A stretch of DNA of 64,000 nucleotides from positions 124,001 through 188,000 of the forward strand of contig NW_020844911.1 in NCBI RefSeq assembly GCF_003704095.1. The letters are read 5' to 3'. Below the pieces are notes generated by a model. That model did no database searches, had not been told where the DNA came from, and saw only the letters and a program-made list of their open reading frames with translations. How positions within the stretch are numbered: position 1 is the stretch's first letter; each line of letters starts with the position of its first letter. Of the stretch, positions 63,801 to 64,000 are shown piece after piece. Position numbers and translations under genes: made by a program. Source of the stretch: Pocillopora damicornis. Lineage: Eukaryota.

Positions 63801-63957
63801 GACACTGATGATGAGAATGAAACAGAGGATGATGGGCAGACATCTGAATCAGGCTCAGGGTCACCTCCTGATCAGAAATTGCAGCATAAAATGTGTGTGT
63901 TCAGGTTCAAATTAATGCAGTTTATCAACTGTATTCACAACCACTTTATGACACGAG
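48899..63957 (+). CDS. TUBGCP5: Gamma-tubulin complex component 5, 3'-partial. Exons include 48899-48976, 49047-49099, 49425-49478, 50124-50238, 50778-50874, 51348-51430, 51617-51634, 52182-52322, 52583-52692, 53665-53755, 54081-54177, 55044-55192, 55405-55453, 56374-56429, 57086-57150, 57482-57559, 58383-58498, 58746-58863, 59373-59420, several at 60.0-61.8 kb, 62166-62257, ~62453-62538, 63249-63369, 63766-63957
   Basis: SNFR|YHQFLDVNSQKVE; TDAHYSLILLLLTLADSP; FDWKSYL; TETQIVRETLW; AGKSVEL; FFLLEAGDAMHQFY; APWPVSIIIDSSCQKLYN; FRFKLMQFINCIHNHFMTR. All are recognisable GCP5 segments. Confidence 0.93.
50308..50735. mobile_element. Back-to-back piggyBac-like MITEs sharing a TTAA at 50516-50519
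   Basis: TTAACCCTTTCACTCCCA...TGGGAGTGAAAGGG-TTAA-CCCTTTGACT... Confidence 0.75.
52945..53083. mobile_element. MITE with GG-terminated TIRs and an 8-bp TSD (Merlin- or hAT-like)
   Basis: TIR GGATCAATATCAGT(g/a)TCTGGGCAACTGCCCAC; TSD AATGTTTA at 52937-44 and 53084-91. Confidence 0.8.
55727..55937. mobile_element. piggyBac-like MITE, representative of roughly 25-30 copies or fragments in the window (e.g. ~6294, 11230, 11836, 20327, 21090, 28914, 46730, 47235, 49631, 51734, 52710, 53363, 56557, 57180, 61890, 62938)
   Basis: TTAA-CCCTTTAACTCCCA ... TGGGAGTTAAAGGG-TTAA, about 210 bp, non-coding. Confidence 0.85.
61890..62100. mobile_element. piggyBac-like MITE (second subfamily)
   Basis: aaCCCTTTAACTCC...GGGAGTTAAAGGG-TTAA; internal sequence shared with the copies at 28914, 46730, 49631 and 57180. 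Confidence 0.8.
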
Positions 63958-64000
63958 TAAGTGGAACATAATCATGTAACATGAATTACTGTAAGGTACA

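Overview
AT-rich, intron-rich animal genomic DNA from a gapped draft scaffold. Gene content and repeat families suggest a cnidarian, probably a stony coral (inference). I rebuilt spliced gene models by hand from splice sites and reading frames. In order: TMEM205 (+), a single-domain secreted astacin metalloprotease (+), an ER FKBP7/14-type PPIase with a long Asp/Glu/His-rich N-terminal arm (-), MRPL1 (-, with a GC-AG intron), an intronless microbial-type Pectate_lyase_3/beta-helix gene (+), STOML1 (+, last exon present twice), two NodZ/GT23-like fucosyltransferase paralogues, a degenerate type II membrane gene (-), and the 5' ~29 exons of TUBGCP5 (+, runs off the window). The fucosyltransferase parts become collinear only if 36644-43806 is inverted. 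Non-coding DNA is dense in TTAA/CCC..GGG piggyBac-like MITEs, other MITEs, a tRNA-containing element and two families of hammerhead-ribozyme (HHR) repeats. The most striking locus is 22.1-25.9 kb. There, two outward-facing HHR motifs, enclosing a nested HHR palindrome, lie between MRPL1 and a horizontal-transfer candidate whose C-terminus is read through into a MITE. No searches could be run, so family assignments rest on recognised motifs.
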